Positions 48,605-59,190 of a stretch of DNA of 64,000 nucleotides are shown piece by piece. The first letter of the stretch is position 1. Every line of letters begins with the position of its first letter. Location of the stretch: positions 96,001-160,000 of the forward strand of contig JBHLLU010000001.1 of NCBI GenBank assembly GCA_048938895.1, written 5' to 3'. The notes beneath the pieces are model-generated. The model did not search any database, had not been told where the DNA came from, and saw nothing but the letters and a program-made list of their open reading frames with translations. Source of the DNA: Promethearchaeota archaeon. Lineage in GTDB: Archaea; Asgardarchaeota; Lokiarchaeia; Sigyniarchaeales; SOKP01. A program made the position numbers and the translations under genes.

Positions 48605-49438
48605 TTATTTTCCTTCAAACTTCGGTTCTCTTTTTTCATTAAATGCTCTTACTCCCTCTGCTGAATCTTTAGTAGATGTATTCAATGCATATCCCCAATG
48701 TTCAAACTGCAATCCTACATTCAAAGGTACTTGGGTGCCGAAATTTATACACTTCTTAATAACATACAGGCTGTTCGTCGCTGCATTTCCCAGCCAAGAT
48801 GCCTTTTCGTGAACAAATTCTTCAAATTTATCGTCGTCGACTAAAAATGAGATAAAACCCCATTCATTCATCAATTCTGCGCTTAAATGTTCTCCAAAAT
48901 ACATCATTCTATTCACTCGCATTTTTCCTATATGTCTCGCCATTCGCTGTGTCCCTCCATTGCCAGGAAAAATACCCCTTTTAATTTCAGGGAAACCAAA
49001 TTGTGATCTTTTTGATGCTATCACAATATCACAAACCAAAACTAATTCTAGACCTCCTCCTAAAGCATATCCATCAACAGCAGCGATCAAAGGTTTTGGA
49101 AATTCTTCAATCAAATCATAATATTTATGTCTTAAATACATTGCATGGCCACGGTGCCTAATGTTATCCATATCCAGGGGTACACTTCGATCACCTCGAG
49201 CAGAAAGATCGGCACCTGCAGAAAACGCACGTTTCTTGGTAAAATCTTTTGTTCCTCTCAAGACAACACATCTAACACTTGGATCTACTTCTACGGATTC
49301 TAGAGCTTTAGCAATTTCATACAATGTTTTATTTTGAAGAGCATTTAGCTTATCTGGGCGATTAATTGACAGTACCGCATAATTTCCCTCCTTAACTTTT
49401 TCAATTTTTACGTGTTCAAATTCATTTAATTCAGACAT
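48605..49438 (-). CDS. Crotonase/enoyl-CoA hydratase (both catalytic Glu present)
   Basis: AFSAGAD, GGGLEL, PEIKRGIFPGNGGTQR; AAGGTGA RBS before ATG 49438. Confidence 0.93.
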   Translation of the reverse strand: MSELNEFEHVKIEKVKEGNYAVLSINRPDKLNALQNKTLYEIAKALESVEVDPSVRCVVLRGTKDFTKKRAFSAGADLSARGDRSVPLDMDNIRHRGHAMYLRHKYYDLIEEFPKPLIAAVDGYALGGGLELVLVCDIVIASKRSQFGFPEIKRGIFPGNGGTQRMARHIGKMRVNRMMYFGEHLSAELMNEWGFISFLVDDDKFEEFVHEKASWLGNAATNSLYVIKKCINFGTQVPLNVGLQFEHWGYALNTSTKDSAEGVRAFNEKREPKFEGK

Positions 49439-49549
49439 TATTTTCACCTTATTATTTATTTTTTATATTCTTAGTATGTTGTTATTGTTAAAGTTACTGA
49501 AAATAGAATTTTATAGATGTAAATAGATTGTTTTATCAGTTTGACCTTA

Positions 49550-50431
49550 TTACTTCTTAGGCTTCAAAATCCATGTTTCCCTAGTTTTTTTTTGACTTTT
49601 TAATTCATTCAATCTATCTCGCGGAAAATTTGCTAAATATTTTATAGAACTTAATTGACTAGAGAGTAGATCAATTCGCTTATATAAACTAAAACCATGA
49701 TTTTCAAAAAAAGTTTCAGCTGATTTAAAATTCTCAAATTTATTTTCCTCTACTTGGTGGTTTGCTAAAAATCGTTTTCCTTTCTCTTCATAAAAACCAT
49801 CTGTGATTGAATCCTGAGTTTCTTTCTTTATATAGATATCTGCAGTAATCCAATAACCACCCCTTTCTTTTAATAAATCATAGATAATTGAACACACCTT
49901 TTTCTTTTGATCATCATTAAGATAAACCAGTAATCCTTCATTCAATATTGCTATAGGACCACTTGGAAAGTGTGTAATTATTTCAGAAAAAGCATTTCTA
50001 TCTAAAGCATTCAATATTTGCAGAGATAAATTATCTATTGGATAATTACAAAACTTTCTGGTTAATTCAATTAAAATAGCCTTCTTTTTTTCAATAATTT
50101 CATGTAGGTCTGTATCTATGTAAAAAACTTCGGGATCTTTACACATACTTAACCCGCGAAAAGAAAACCCAGAAGATAATTCAATAACATTTTTTATTCC
50201 AGTTTCTCTTAAAGCATTATCAATAGATAGATACCTCTTTTCAAAATGAAGAAGTCTCCTAATGAAACCTATTGATGACAATTTTTCCTGTGTAAGTAGT
50301 ATACTCTCATCGCCCCAAATCATACCAGCAGCTTCTTTTGCAAAAGGAATAGTCGTTAATGCTTTTGTTAAAAGGAGTGATTTGGCAGATGGGCTGATTG
50401 ACTCAAAACGGGAATTTAATGATTCTTTCAT
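49550..50431 (-). CDS. Class I SAM-dependent methyltransferase (LCM/O-methyltransferase-like)
   Basis: VIELSSGFSFRG, YIDTDL, ILNEGLLVYL. Confidence 0.75.
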   Translation of the reverse strand: MKESLNSRFESISPSAKSLLLTKALTTIPFAKEAAGMIWGDESILLTQEKLSSIGFIRRLLHFEKRYLSIDNALRETGIKNVIELSSGFSFRGLSMCKDPEVFYIDTDLHEIIEKKKAILIELTRKFCNYPIDNLSLQILNALDRNAFSEIITHFPSGPIAILNEGLLVYLNDDQKKKVCSIIYDLLKERGGYWITADIYIKKETQDSITDGFYEEKGKRFLANHQVEENKFENFKSAETFFENHGFSLYKRIDLLSSQLSSIKYLANFPRDRLNELKSQKKTRETWILKPKK

Positions 50432-50511
50432 TGTGCCAAATATTAATTATACTTCAAAGAATTCTAAATTACTAAAAAAAAAGTAAATTGAATTATAAAT
50501 ATTAGAGATAT

Positions 50512-52011
50512 TTAAAAAATACCATCCCATGCTACTCTCTCATTTCCATAAGGATCATTCTCGATTGTAACCTCTTTATCAAAGAGTATTGTAGCTCTAT
50601 TTTTTTTATCATAAGGAGGTAATTCTGGAATATTTTTATGATTTGGATTCCCTGAGCGAGCGAATGCGATCCACGCATCCATCATTTGTCCTGATAATTT
50701 CTGAGTTTCTTCAGTTCTAGCTGGAGAAATTCCAATATCCTTATCTCCAAAAAGACCAAAAACAAAAGCAAGTTCAAGAGCATGCATCGCACCATATTTT
50801 CCCCCTCCTAAAGGACTCTGCCAAGTGAAAAGATACATATAAACGTTCTTTTGATATTTAGATTGAGCTTCAGCAAGACGAATAGAAGGTATCCGAAACG
50901 TATAATCTGTTGAAATTGCATCTGCAATATCCCTTGGGGTTTTTCTTGATTCCCGATAGTTCTCTATTAACTCTTTACCTTTACTTTCTTTCTGATTTGC
51001 AATTCGCATAAATGAATTTATATATTTATATAATCCTTCCTCTGTCAGCTCAAAAGCCTTCGGATCCCATATTAAAAATAACTTATTTTCATCCAAGTTT
51101 GTCCCGATGAATATATCAATATCTTTAGCAAATCCCTCAGATATAGCTTCTTGTGGGTGAACTGGTAGGGTACTCTTATCTACGACTGGTCCTACTCTTA
51201 TTCCTCTTGCTTGGAATCCGTTTGTTTCCGTCTGAGGTACAATAAATCTTTCCGCTGGTAGTTTCCGTAATGCTTCTATATCTCCTTTCTTAACACCTAA
51301 TTTTTGAATTAAATCTTCATATACTTTAATCGCATTGACAGGATTAAAACCGAACTTATTAGCAGCTCCGGATTGGGGGATAGCTCTATGAAACAATCCC
51401 TTAGCTGAAGGTGTAGCAAGTAAGGTAGAAACCGCCATACCACCCGCAGATTCACCAAAAATTGTGACATTATTAGGATCTCCTCCAAATGTTGAGATAT
51501 TTTCTTTTACCCATTTAAGTGCTGCGACCATATCGAGTATTCCTGCATTAGCAGTCGTATCAGGCATATCTGGCATATGCAAAAACCCAAGATATCCAAG
51601 ACGATAATTAATACTGACTACAACTATGTCCCCCCTAAGAACAAGTCGTGAACCATCCAAAGTAGCACCAGTCCCTGTAATAAATCCTCCACCATGAATC
51701 CAAAACATAACGGGTCTCTTATTATTATCTAATCCTTGAGTCCATACATTTAAAGTTAAACATTCAGCTTCACTTTGAGGTAATGGTTCCCCGAACATTG
51801 CTTCTAAGCGTGATTCTGGCTGAATTGAGATAGAACTATATTTTGTTGCATCAAGTACATCACTCCAAGGCTCGACTGGAGCTGGGGCCTTGAATCGTAA
51901 ATTACCTATCGGTGGTGCAGCATAAGGGATACCTTTAAATTTAATTACTCCTCTTCGACTATAACCCCTTACTTTACCATGTGTAGTTTCTACAATAATA
52001 TCTTCTTCCAT
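50512..52011 (-). CDS. Type-B carboxylesterase/lipase (copy 3)
   Basis: FKGIPYAAPP, WIHGGGF, FGESAGG, E (NLDE), MHALEL. Confidence 0.95.
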   Translation of the reverse strand: MEEDIIVETTHGKVRGYSRRGVIKFKGIPYAAPPIGNLRFKAPAPVEPWSDVLDATKYSSISIQPESRLEAMFGEPLPQSEAECLTLNVWTQGLDNNKRPVMFWIHGGGFITGTGATLDGSRLVLRGDIVVVSINYRLGYLGFLHMPDMPDTTANAGILDMVAALKWVKENISTFGGDPNNVTIFGESAGGMAVSTLLATPSAKGLFHRAIPQSGAANKFGFNPVNAIKVYEDLIQKLGVKKGDIEALRKLPAERFIVPQTETNGFQARGIRVGPVVDKSTLPVHPQEAISEGFAKDIDIFIGTNLDENKLFLIWDPKAFELTEEGLYKYINSFMRIANQKESKGKELIENYRESRKTPRDIADAISTDYTFRIPSIRLAEAQSKYQKNVYMYLFTWQSPLGGGKYGAMHALELAFVFGLFGDKDIGISPARTEETQKLSGQMMDAWIAFARSGNPNHKNIPELPPYDKKNRATILFDKEVTIENDPYGNERVAWDGIF

Positions 52012-53850
52012 TTAAATCATCTTCCATAATTGTTAAAATAAAAAAATTGAATTTGGTTTATATTTTATATTATCAGAATTAAATATACTATAAAATACCT
52101 TCCCAAGATTCCCGTTCATTTCCATAAGGATCATTATGAATTGCAACCTCCTTGTCAAAAAGTATTGTAGCTCTTTTCTTTAAATCATAAGGAGGTAATT
52201 CTGGAATATTTTCATGATTTGGATTACCTGAACGAGCAAATGCGATCCAAGCATCCATTATTTGTTCTGATAATCTCTGAGTTTCTGCTGTTCTAGCTGG
52301 AATAAATCCTATTTCATTTCCAGGAAGACCAAATACAAAAGCAAGTTCAAGAGCATGCATCGCTCCAAACTTCCCCTCCCCTAGAGGACTTTGCCAAGTG
52401 AAAAGATACATGTAAACATTCCTTTGGTATTTGGATTGTGCTTCAGCAAGACGAATAGACGGTATCCGAAATGTATAATCTGTTATTATTGCATCTGCAA
52501 TGTTTCTTGGGGTTTTTCTTAATTCCCGATACCTCTCTATTAACCCCTTAGCTTTGGTTTCTTTCTGTTTTGTAAACCGCATATATGCTTTTATAGTTTT
52601 ATCTAATCCTTCTTCAGTAAGTCCAAAAGCTTTCGGGTTCCACATTAAAAATAATTTACTCTCATCTAAATTTGTCCCGATGAATACTTCGATATCTTTA
52701 GCAAATCCCTTAGAAATACCTTCTAGAGGGTGAACTGGTAAAATATCATTATCCACAACCGGTCCCACTCTTAATCCTCTTGCTTGGAATCCTTCCGTTC
52801 CCATTTCTGGTACAATGAAATTTTCAGCTGGAAGTTTACGTAATGCTTCTATATCACCTTTTTCAACTCCTAATTTCTGAATTAATTCTTCATACACTTT
52901 GATTGCAGAGACAGGATTAAAACCGAATTTATTCGCGGCTCCAGATTGGGCAATGGCTCTATGAAACAACCCCTTAGCTGAGGGGGTAGCAAGTAGAGTG
53001 GAAACCGCCATACCACCCGCAGATTCCCCAAATATAGTGACACTATTAGGATCTCCTCCAAATTTTAAAATATTCTCTTTTACCCATTGAAGTGCAGCGA
53101 TAATATCAAGTAATCCTGCATTAGCAGTCGTATCAGGCATATCTGGCATATATAAAAAGCCAAGATATCCAAGACGATAGTTAATACTGACTACAACTAC
53201 GTCCCCCCTAAGTACTAATCGTGATCCATCATAAATAGCCCCATTTCCAGTAGTGAATCCCCCCCCATGAATCCAAAACATAACGGGTCTCTTATTATTA
53301 TCTAATCCTTGAGTCCAAATATTTAAAGTTAAGCATTCACCTTCACTCTGAGGCATTGGTTCTCTGACATCAAGACGTGAAATTGGCTGAATCGAAACAG
53401 GGCTAAATTTTGTTGCATCAAGCACATCACTCCAAGGCTCGACTGGAGCCGGGGCCTTGAATCGTAAATTACCTATCGGTGGTGAAGCATAAGGGATACC
53501 TTTAAATTTAATTACTCCTCTTCGACTATATCCCCTTACTTTACCATGTGTAGTTTCCACAATAATATCTTCTTCCATTTAAATCATCTTCCATAATTGT
53601 TTAAATAAAAAAATGAATTAATTTTACATTTTATAATACCAGAATTAAATATACTATAAAATACCTTCCCAAGATTCCCGTTCATTTCCATAAGGATCAT
53701 ATTGAATTGTAACTTCCTTGTCAAAAAGTATCGTAGCCCTTTTCTCTAAATCGTATGGAAGCAACTCTGGAATATTCTCATGATTTGGATTACCTGAACG
53801 AGCAAATGCAATCCAAGCATCCATCATCTTTTCAGATAATCCTTGGGTTT
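50600..53850. repeat. Tandem duplication, period ~1567 nt, covering esterase genes and spacer (boundaries approximate)
   Basis: Starts 52011/53578 and stops 52088/53654 offset by 1567/1566 nt; spacers 52012-52087 and 53579-53653 visibly alike. Confidence 0.8.
52088..53578 (-). CDS. Type-B carboxylesterase/lipase (copy 2)
   Basis: WIHGGGF, FGESAGG, MHALEL. Confidence 0.95.
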   Translation of the reverse strand: MEEDIIVETTHGKVRGYSRRGVIKFKGIPYASPPIGNLRFKAPAPVEPWSDVLDATKFSPVSIQPISRLDVREPMPQSEGECLTLNIWTQGLDNNKRPVMFWIHGGGFTTGNGAIYDGSRLVLRGDVVVVSINYRLGYLGFLYMPDMPDTTANAGLLDIIAALQWVKENILKFGGDPNSVTIFGESAGGMAVSTLLATPSAKGLFHRAIAQSGAANKFGFNPVSAIKVYEELIQKLGVEKGDIEALRKLPAENFIVPEMGTEGFQARGLRVGPVVDNDILPVHPLEGISKGFAKDIEVFIGTNLDESKLFLMWNPKAFGLTEEGLDKTIKAYMRFTKQKETKAKGLIERYRELRKTPRNIADAIITDYTFRIPSIRLAEAQSKYQRNVYMYLFTWQSPLGEGKFGAMHALELAFVFGLPGNEIGFIPARTAETQRLSEQIMDAWIAFARSGNPNHENIPELPPYDLKKRATILFDKEVAIHNDPYGNERESWEGIL

Positions 53851-55153
53851 CTTCTGTTTTAAGTGGGAATATTCCTATATCCCTATCAAGTAAAATATTA
53901 AATACAAAAGCAAGTTCAAGAGCATGCATTGCCCCAAATCGTCCGCCATCTAAAGGAGTTTTCCATGTAAATAGATACATAAAAGTATTCTTTCGATGTT
54001 TCGATTGTTCTTCTGCCAAACGAATTGAGGGAACGTGAAACATAAAATCAGTAAAAATAGCATCATTAATATCGCTTGGAATTTTATAACGTTCCTCATA
54101 GGTTTCAATAATTTCCCTTGCTTTTGTTCCATTCTGTCCTGTTAATTTCAAAAGGGCTTCTATGTTTTTTAAAAGTCCTCCAGTAGTCATCTTCTCTCCT
54201 TTAGGAGCCCACATTGACCATAACTTCGTTTCATCTAAATTCGATCCAATGAATAAATCAATGTCTTTTATATAACCGTCTTTCACAGCTTCGAGGGGAT
54301 TTATCGGTAATATATCCTTATCAATAACAGGTCCAGCTCTAGGATTATCAAATTGAATTATTTCAAACCTTTCTGAAACTTCAATTATTTTTTCAATAGG
54401 CATTTCACGTAAAGAATCTATATCTCTTTTTTCAAGACCCAATCTCTGTGTTAAAATCTCATAATATTTATTGCCTCTCTCAGGATCACCACTATATTTA
54501 TTCATAGCTTGAGATTGCAAAATAGCTCTTTGAAACAGTCCTTTAGCTGAAGGCATAGCAAGTAAACAAGTTACTGCTGATCCCCCTGCTGATTCCCCGA
54601 AAATAGTAATGTTATCAGGATCTCCCCCAAATCTTGAAATATTATCTTTTACAAATTTAAGCGCTGTAACCATATCAATTAATCCCACATTCGGACTTAT
54701 TTCAGGTAGATCATCTCTATAAAGGAATCCAATAACCCCAAGACGATAATTAATACTCACAACAACAACATCTCCTCTAAGAACTAGACGTGAACCATCT
54801 AGAGCTCTACCGCTACCAGTAACAAATGCACCACCGTGAATCCAAAACATAACTGGTCTCTTATCATTATCTAATCCCTGAGTCCATATATTAAGAGTTA
54901 AACAGTTAGCTTCACTGCTTGGTAATGGTTCTGAAAACATATTTTCTAAAGCTGAGGGTGGTTGTGGAGCGACAGGACCATATTTAGTCGCATCAAATAC
55001 ACCTTCCCAAGTTTTAACCGGAACTGTTGGTTTGAATCGCAAATTACCTATCGGTGGAGTAGCATATGGGATCCCCTTAAATTTGATTACTCCTCTATTA
55101 AAATACCCTTGAACTTTTCCTTTCGTGGTTTTTACAATAAATTTCTCTTCCAT
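53654..55153 (-). CDS. Type-B carboxylesterase/lipase (copy 1)
   Basis: WIHGGAF, FGESAGG, MHALEL; ATG 55153 is 1 nt after the upstream stop. Confidence 0.95.
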   Translation of the reverse strand: MEEKFIVKTTKGKVQGYFNRGVIKFKGIPYATPPIGNLRFKPTVPVKTWEGVFDATKYGPVAPQPPSALENMFSEPLPSSEANCLTLNIWTQGLDNDKRPVMFWIHGGAFVTGSGRALDGSRLVLRGDVVVVSINYRLGVIGFLYRDDLPEISPNVGLIDMVTALKFVKDNISRFGGDPDNITIFGESAGGSAVTCLLAMPSAKGLFQRAILQSQAMNKYSGDPERGNKYYEILTQRLGLEKRDIDSLREMPIEKIIEVSERFEIIQFDNPRAGPVIDKDILPINPLEAVKDGYIKDIDLFIGSNLDETKLWSMWAPKGEKMTTGGLLKNIEALLKLTGQNGTKAREIIETYEERYKIPSDINDAIFTDFMFHVPSIRLAEEQSKHRKNTFMYLFTWKTPLDGGRFGAMHALELAFVFNILLDRDIGIFPLKTEETQGLSEKMMDAWIAFARSGNPNHENIPELLPYDLEKRATILFDKEVTIQYDPYGNERESWEGIL

Positions 55154-55154
55154 T

Positions 55155-55718
55155 TTAGTCACTTAATTTTGGTTTAAAAATTAATGAAGGTCTAAATTTC
55201 TCATGGTATTTATATCCTTCTGCAGTATGTACATGCCCGTACTTTTTTTGTAAATTTTCAATAGAATCTACGTCTAATGCGTACATAGGACAAGCGTCTA
55301 CACAAATTGTCTGTTTTCCTTGTTCTAATCTCTCTATACATAAGTTACATTTCCTCATTTTAGAGTTTTCATCTGATGAAAATTGAGGTGCATCCCAAGG
55401 ACAAACTTTCAAGCATTTTGAACCGCATTCTGCTTTACCTAAACACCTATCTTGATCCACCACTACAATTCCATCGTCTGTTCTTTTAATAATAGCGTTC
55501 ACAGGGCATGCCTTTATACATGGAGGATCACCACAATGATTGCAAGCAAGAGCGAGATAGGAAAGAGTTAAATCTGGAAATTTTCCTTTCTCAATTGCAA
55601 TTACACGCATCCAATTTTCTGGTCCAGCATCAATGTTATACCAATCTTTACAGGCAACAGAACATGTATAGCAACCTGTACATCTAGTTTGGTCAAAATA
55701 AAAACCCACTTGCTTCAT
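55155..55718 (-). CDS. dmsB: DmsB-like 4Fe-4S subunit
   Basis: QVGFYFDQTRCTGCYTCSVACKD, CNHCGDPPCIKACP, KCNLC...CVDACP. Confidence 0.9.
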   Translation of the reverse strand: MKQVGFYFDQTRCTGCYTCSVACKDWYNIDAGPENWMRVIAIEKGKFPDLTLSYLALACNHCGDPPCIKACPVNAIIKRTDDGIVVVDQDRCLGKAECGSKCLKVCPWDAPQFSSDENSKMRKCNLCIERLEQGKQTICVDACPMYALDVDSIENLQKKYGHVHTAEGYKYHEKFRPSLIFKPKLSD

Positions 55719-58006
55719 GAAGAATCCTCCGATTTATTTTTGGAATATAATTCCACTTGAACGAGAGCACTATTCATGGGGAATGCACCACCAGGAGATC
55801 GTGAGTCTTTTGTGAGAACATTCCCACACCCCCCCAAATCCACTCCTTCTTCATTCGGATTATACCAAGCACCCTGATAAATCACTACAGCACCAGGAAT
55901 AACACGTTCAGTAACCTTGGCAGAAATACGTATTCTGCCCCTTTCATTAAAGATATCTACTAAATTTCCATGTTCGATTCCTCTTGATTCAGCATCAATG
56001 CTATTTATCCAAACCATATGAGGTTCTACTTCTTGAAGCCAGGGAATCATACTTAAACTTGAATGAGTTCTCCGTTTATTATGAGGTGTGAGGAGTTGCA
56101 AAGGATATTTTTTTGCTAGGGGTGCATCATAATGTTCTTCATGACTCAAGTATTTAGGAATGGGGGGCATATTAGGGATATCTAATTCTGCTATATGTTC
56201 ACAATATATCTCTATTTTTCCTGATAGTGTAGGGAATGGATTATTCTTTGGATCAGCAATTTGTTCTTTAAATGCAATAAATGGTTCCTCCACCTTTACT
56301 TTAAAAAATCCATCCCGTTTCATCTGATCATAACTTTTTATATCCTTCCGCGGAGAACTGAACATACGTAATATTTGATCTTCTGATAAATTAAGCAAAC
56401 CAGGATCAATACCTAATTTCGGTGCTAATGCCTTACATATTTCTAAATCTGATTTTGATTCATATAACGATTCAATAGTTTTATTTAAATAAATATAGTA
56501 AGGCGACCCTAGCCATGGTACAGCAATATCATTACGTTCCATGAAAGTATTGACTGGCAATAATATATCGGCAAATTTAGCTGTAGGAGTCATAAATTGT
56601 TCGAGAACTACTATGAATTCAAGAGATTTTAACGCTTTTACACCTTTATTTACATTGCAATATTGATTCAAGCGATTCTCTGCTACAATATAAGCCATTT
56701 TCAGATCAGCGGGAAATCCCCCCTTTTTTCCAAGTAATATCGCGTCATAATACTCATTGAAATGAATACGAGTACTTGCAGGATTAGTTCCTCCTCTTAA
56801 CTTATATAACGCATCTTTTCGAGGAGATGCTCTAAAGTCTACTGGATTTCCCCTAGGTGTTTGTTTCTGCTCCATTTCTTTCTTTTCTTCTTGTTTAATA
56901 GGTCCTGATTTTTTCCTACCAGCTGAGACAACACTTTCTCTGCTATAATATGCTCGCATAAAACCAGAAGCATAACCACCATTAATACCAATATTTCCAG
57001 TAATTGCACATAACACATTAGCCGCTCTAGAATATTGTTCTCCCATTGCGGTTCTGGCAGGCCCCCATCCTGCCATAAGAGCTGCTGGTTTATTTGTAGC
57101 ATATTCTCGAGCTAAGTTTATTATAGTTTCTGCTGGTACTTTAGTAATTTCTTCAGCCCATTCCGGTGTTTTTGGAGTCCCATCCTCACCACCCCTTATA
57201 TATGCTTTATATTTATCGAATCCAACCGTATATTTATCAATAAAGTCCTGATCTTGCAAATCTTCATTGATAATAACATACGCCATTGCACTAAGCATTG
57301 CAGAATCGGTACCAGGTCGAATAGGTATCCATTGATCTGCTAAAACAGCAGCAGAATCAGTAAAGATCGGATCTATATTTATAATTTTAATACCCTTTTC
57401 CCTTGCTTTGGCAAACATCAAGGGCGTACCGGGATCCCAAACAGTACTAGCTGGATTCCAACCCCACATAATAATGAGTTTAGAATTGAGTAAATCTTCA
57501 CGAGCATTTCCCGTCATCATAGTTCCATAAGTAGCCATCGATGCAAAAAGAGCGCCTTCATAAGAGGGAGCACCCCACATTCGTGTATAACCTCCAAATT
57601 GATTAAGCATTAATCCTGAAGGTGTCACACCATGAAGCATACCTTGATTCCCCGCACCTGGAACAAAAAGAATAGAAGCATTTCCATACTTTTCCTTAAT
57701 ATCTTTCATTTTATTTGCAATTTCATCTAAAGCTTCATCCCAAGATATACGCTCAAATTTATCCTCCCCACGCTCTCCAATACGGCGCATAGGATATTTT
57801 AATCTATCTGTATGATAAACCTTTTGTCTATAAGCTCTTCCACGTAAACACGCTCTTAATTGGGGTTCTTCTCCATTATCTGTTTCAAAACGTATTATTT
57901 TACCTTCTTTAACATGAGCTTTAAGGGTACATCGACCACCACAATCATGACAACATCCAGTATTAATTATTTTAATATCACTTTGTTCGATATTATCTTT
58001 ACTCAT
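55715..58006 (-). CDS. DmsA/YnfE-like Mo-bisPGD oxidoreductase catalytic subunit, no Tat signal
   Basis: CCHDCGGRC, QLRACLRGR, GAPSYEG (candidate Ser ligand), WIPIRPGTD, PKTPEWA, HNKRRTHS. Confidence 0.92.
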   Translation of the reverse strand: MSKDNIEQSDIKIINTGCCHDCGGRCTLKAHVKEGKIIRFETDNGEEPQLRACLRGRAYRQKVYHTDRLKYPMRRIGERGEDKFERISWDEALDEIANKMKDIKEKYGNASILFVPGAGNQGMLHGVTPSGLMLNQFGGYTRMWGAPSYEGALFASMATYGTMMTGNAREDLLNSKLIIMWGWNPASTVWDPGTPLMFAKAREKGIKIINIDPIFTDSAAVLADQWIPIRPGTDSAMLSAMAYVIINEDLQDQDFIDKYTVGFDKYKAYIRGGEDGTPKTPEWAEEITKVPAETIINLAREYATNKPAALMAGWGPARTAMGEQYSRAANVLCAITGNIGINGGYASGFMRAYYSRESVVSAGRKKSGPIKQEEKKEMEQKQTPRGNPVDFRASPRKDALYKLRGGTNPASTRIHFNEYYDAILLGKKGGFPADLKMAYIVAENRLNQYCNVNKGVKALKSLEFIVVLEQFMTPTAKFADILLPVNTFMERNDIAVPWLGSPYYIYLNKTIESLYESKSDLEICKALAPKLGIDPGLLNLSEDQILRMFSSPRKDIKSYDQMKRDGFFKVKVEEPFIAFKEQIADPKNNPFPTLSGKIEIYCEHIAELDIPNMPPIPKYLSHEEHYDAPLAKKYPLQLLTPHNKRRTHSSLSMIPWLQEVEPHMVWINSIDAESRGIEHGNLVDIFNERGRIRISAKVTERVIPGAVVIYQGAWYNPNEEGVDLGGCGNVLTKDSRSPGGAFPMNSALVQVELYSKNKSEDSS

Positions 58007-58026
58007 TGTCTTAAATCATTCTCTCA

Positions 58027-58073
58027 AAATTGTTAATTACACAAAAATTTGATATTGCTTTAATTTTTATCGA
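58027..58073. repeat. 47-nt upstream element, copy 1
   Basis: 42/47 identical to 59115-59161 by manual alignment. Confidence 0.75.
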
Positions 58074-58101
58074 TTAATTAGAATGAACACTATATTTATT
58101 C

Positions 58102-59091
58102 TTAATATTGGTGTTCTTTATCAACTAGATTTATAGGAGATTTTCCATTCGCTATATTACGTATATTTTCAGCCATTATTCGAACAGGATTTTCAGAATA
58201 TTTTGTAATATCAACATAACCGATATTATGAGGTGTTGCAATTACATTAGGTAATTCCCAAAAAGGAAACTTTGATGGGTTTTCTAATTCAGGTATCCAT
58301 GAAGGATCCCACCAATGGGGACTCCACCAAACATCAAGGGCTGCACCTGCAATTCTATTCTCTTCAAGTGCTCTAAATAATGGTTCCTCTTCAATTATTG
58401 CAGCCCTTGCAACATTAATTATAAAGGCTGAGGGTTTCATTAATCGAATTTCACGTTCACCAATCAAACCTCGAGTTGCAGGTGTAAGTGGAACAATCAC
58501 TATAATAAAATCAGATTCAGAAAGAATAAAATCAAGATCGTCAGGCCCACCAAGAAACTCAAGGCTTAATTTTTCTGGTAACTCCGTAGATTTGCGTCTT
58601 TTTAACGCAAGAATTTTCATTTCGAACGCTTGCAACCGTTTAGCAATTTCAATGCCGATATGTCCTAAACCAATAATACCAACTTTTTTTCCACGTAATT
58701 CAGTACCTCTACCTCTATAAATTTCGGGAAATGCTTTATGGCGCTGAACTACACGTTTAGTTAGTGCAAGGAGTAAACTTATTGCCCCTTCAGCAAGAGG
58801 CACTGGATTTGCTCCAGAAGTGTTTGCTACAAAAACATTTTCATTAATTGCATCAAATGGTAGAGCATCAACTCCCGCTCCTGTTTTTTGTATAAGTTTT
58901 AAATTTTTAGCATTCTTTACCACAGCTGCCGATAATCGTGTACAGACTATAATTTCAACATCATGAGCAAGTTTTATTAACTCTTCTTCAGTCCCTTTTT
59001 CCGGAATAATTAACTCTACGTTTTCAGGTAATAAATCCTTTTGATTTCTTATCCAGTCTACTAGATAAGAGTTCACGACAAGTACTTTCAT
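58102..59091 (-). CDS. D-isomer-specific 2-hydroxyacid dehydrogenase
   Basis: GIIGLGHIG, VPLTPATRGLI, INVARA, AALDV, TPHN. Confidence 0.93.
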   Translation of the reverse strand: MKVLVVNSYLVDWIRNQKDLLPENVELIIPEKGTEEELIKLAHDVEIIVCTRLSAAVVKNAKNLKLIQKTGAGVDALPFDAINENVFVANTSGANPVPLAEGAISLLLALTKRVVQRHKAFPEIYRGRGTELRGKKVGIIGLGHIGIEIAKRLQAFEMKILALKRRKSTELPEKLSLEFLGGPDDLDFILSESDFIIVIVPLTPATRGLIGEREIRLMKPSAFIINVARAAIIEEEPLFRALEENRIAGAALDVWWSPHWWDPSWIPELENPSKFPFWELPNVIATPHNIGYVDITKYSENPVRIMAENIRNIANGKSPINLVDKEHQY

Positions 59092-59114
59092 GGTTAAACC
59101 AATCTAATTTTTAG

Positions 59115-59161
59115 AAATTATTAATTACACATAAATTTAATATTACTTTAATTATTATCGA
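59115..59161. repeat. 47-nt upstream element, copy 2
   Basis: 42/47 identical to 58027-58073. Confidence 0.75.
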
Positions 59162-59190
59162 GAATATATAGCTTATAGGGTGAATAAATA

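Noticed and set aside
46326-49522. One-mismatch copies of TTAC-N4-GTAA (46326-46337, 49511-49522)
   Set aside because: Single-mismatch hits are expected by chance in very AT-rich spacers; not counted as operators.
49550-50431. Methyltransferase as a DNA-modification or defence gene
   Set aside because: No DPPY/NPPY or PCQ motifs; pattern fits small-molecule/LCM-like methyltransferases.
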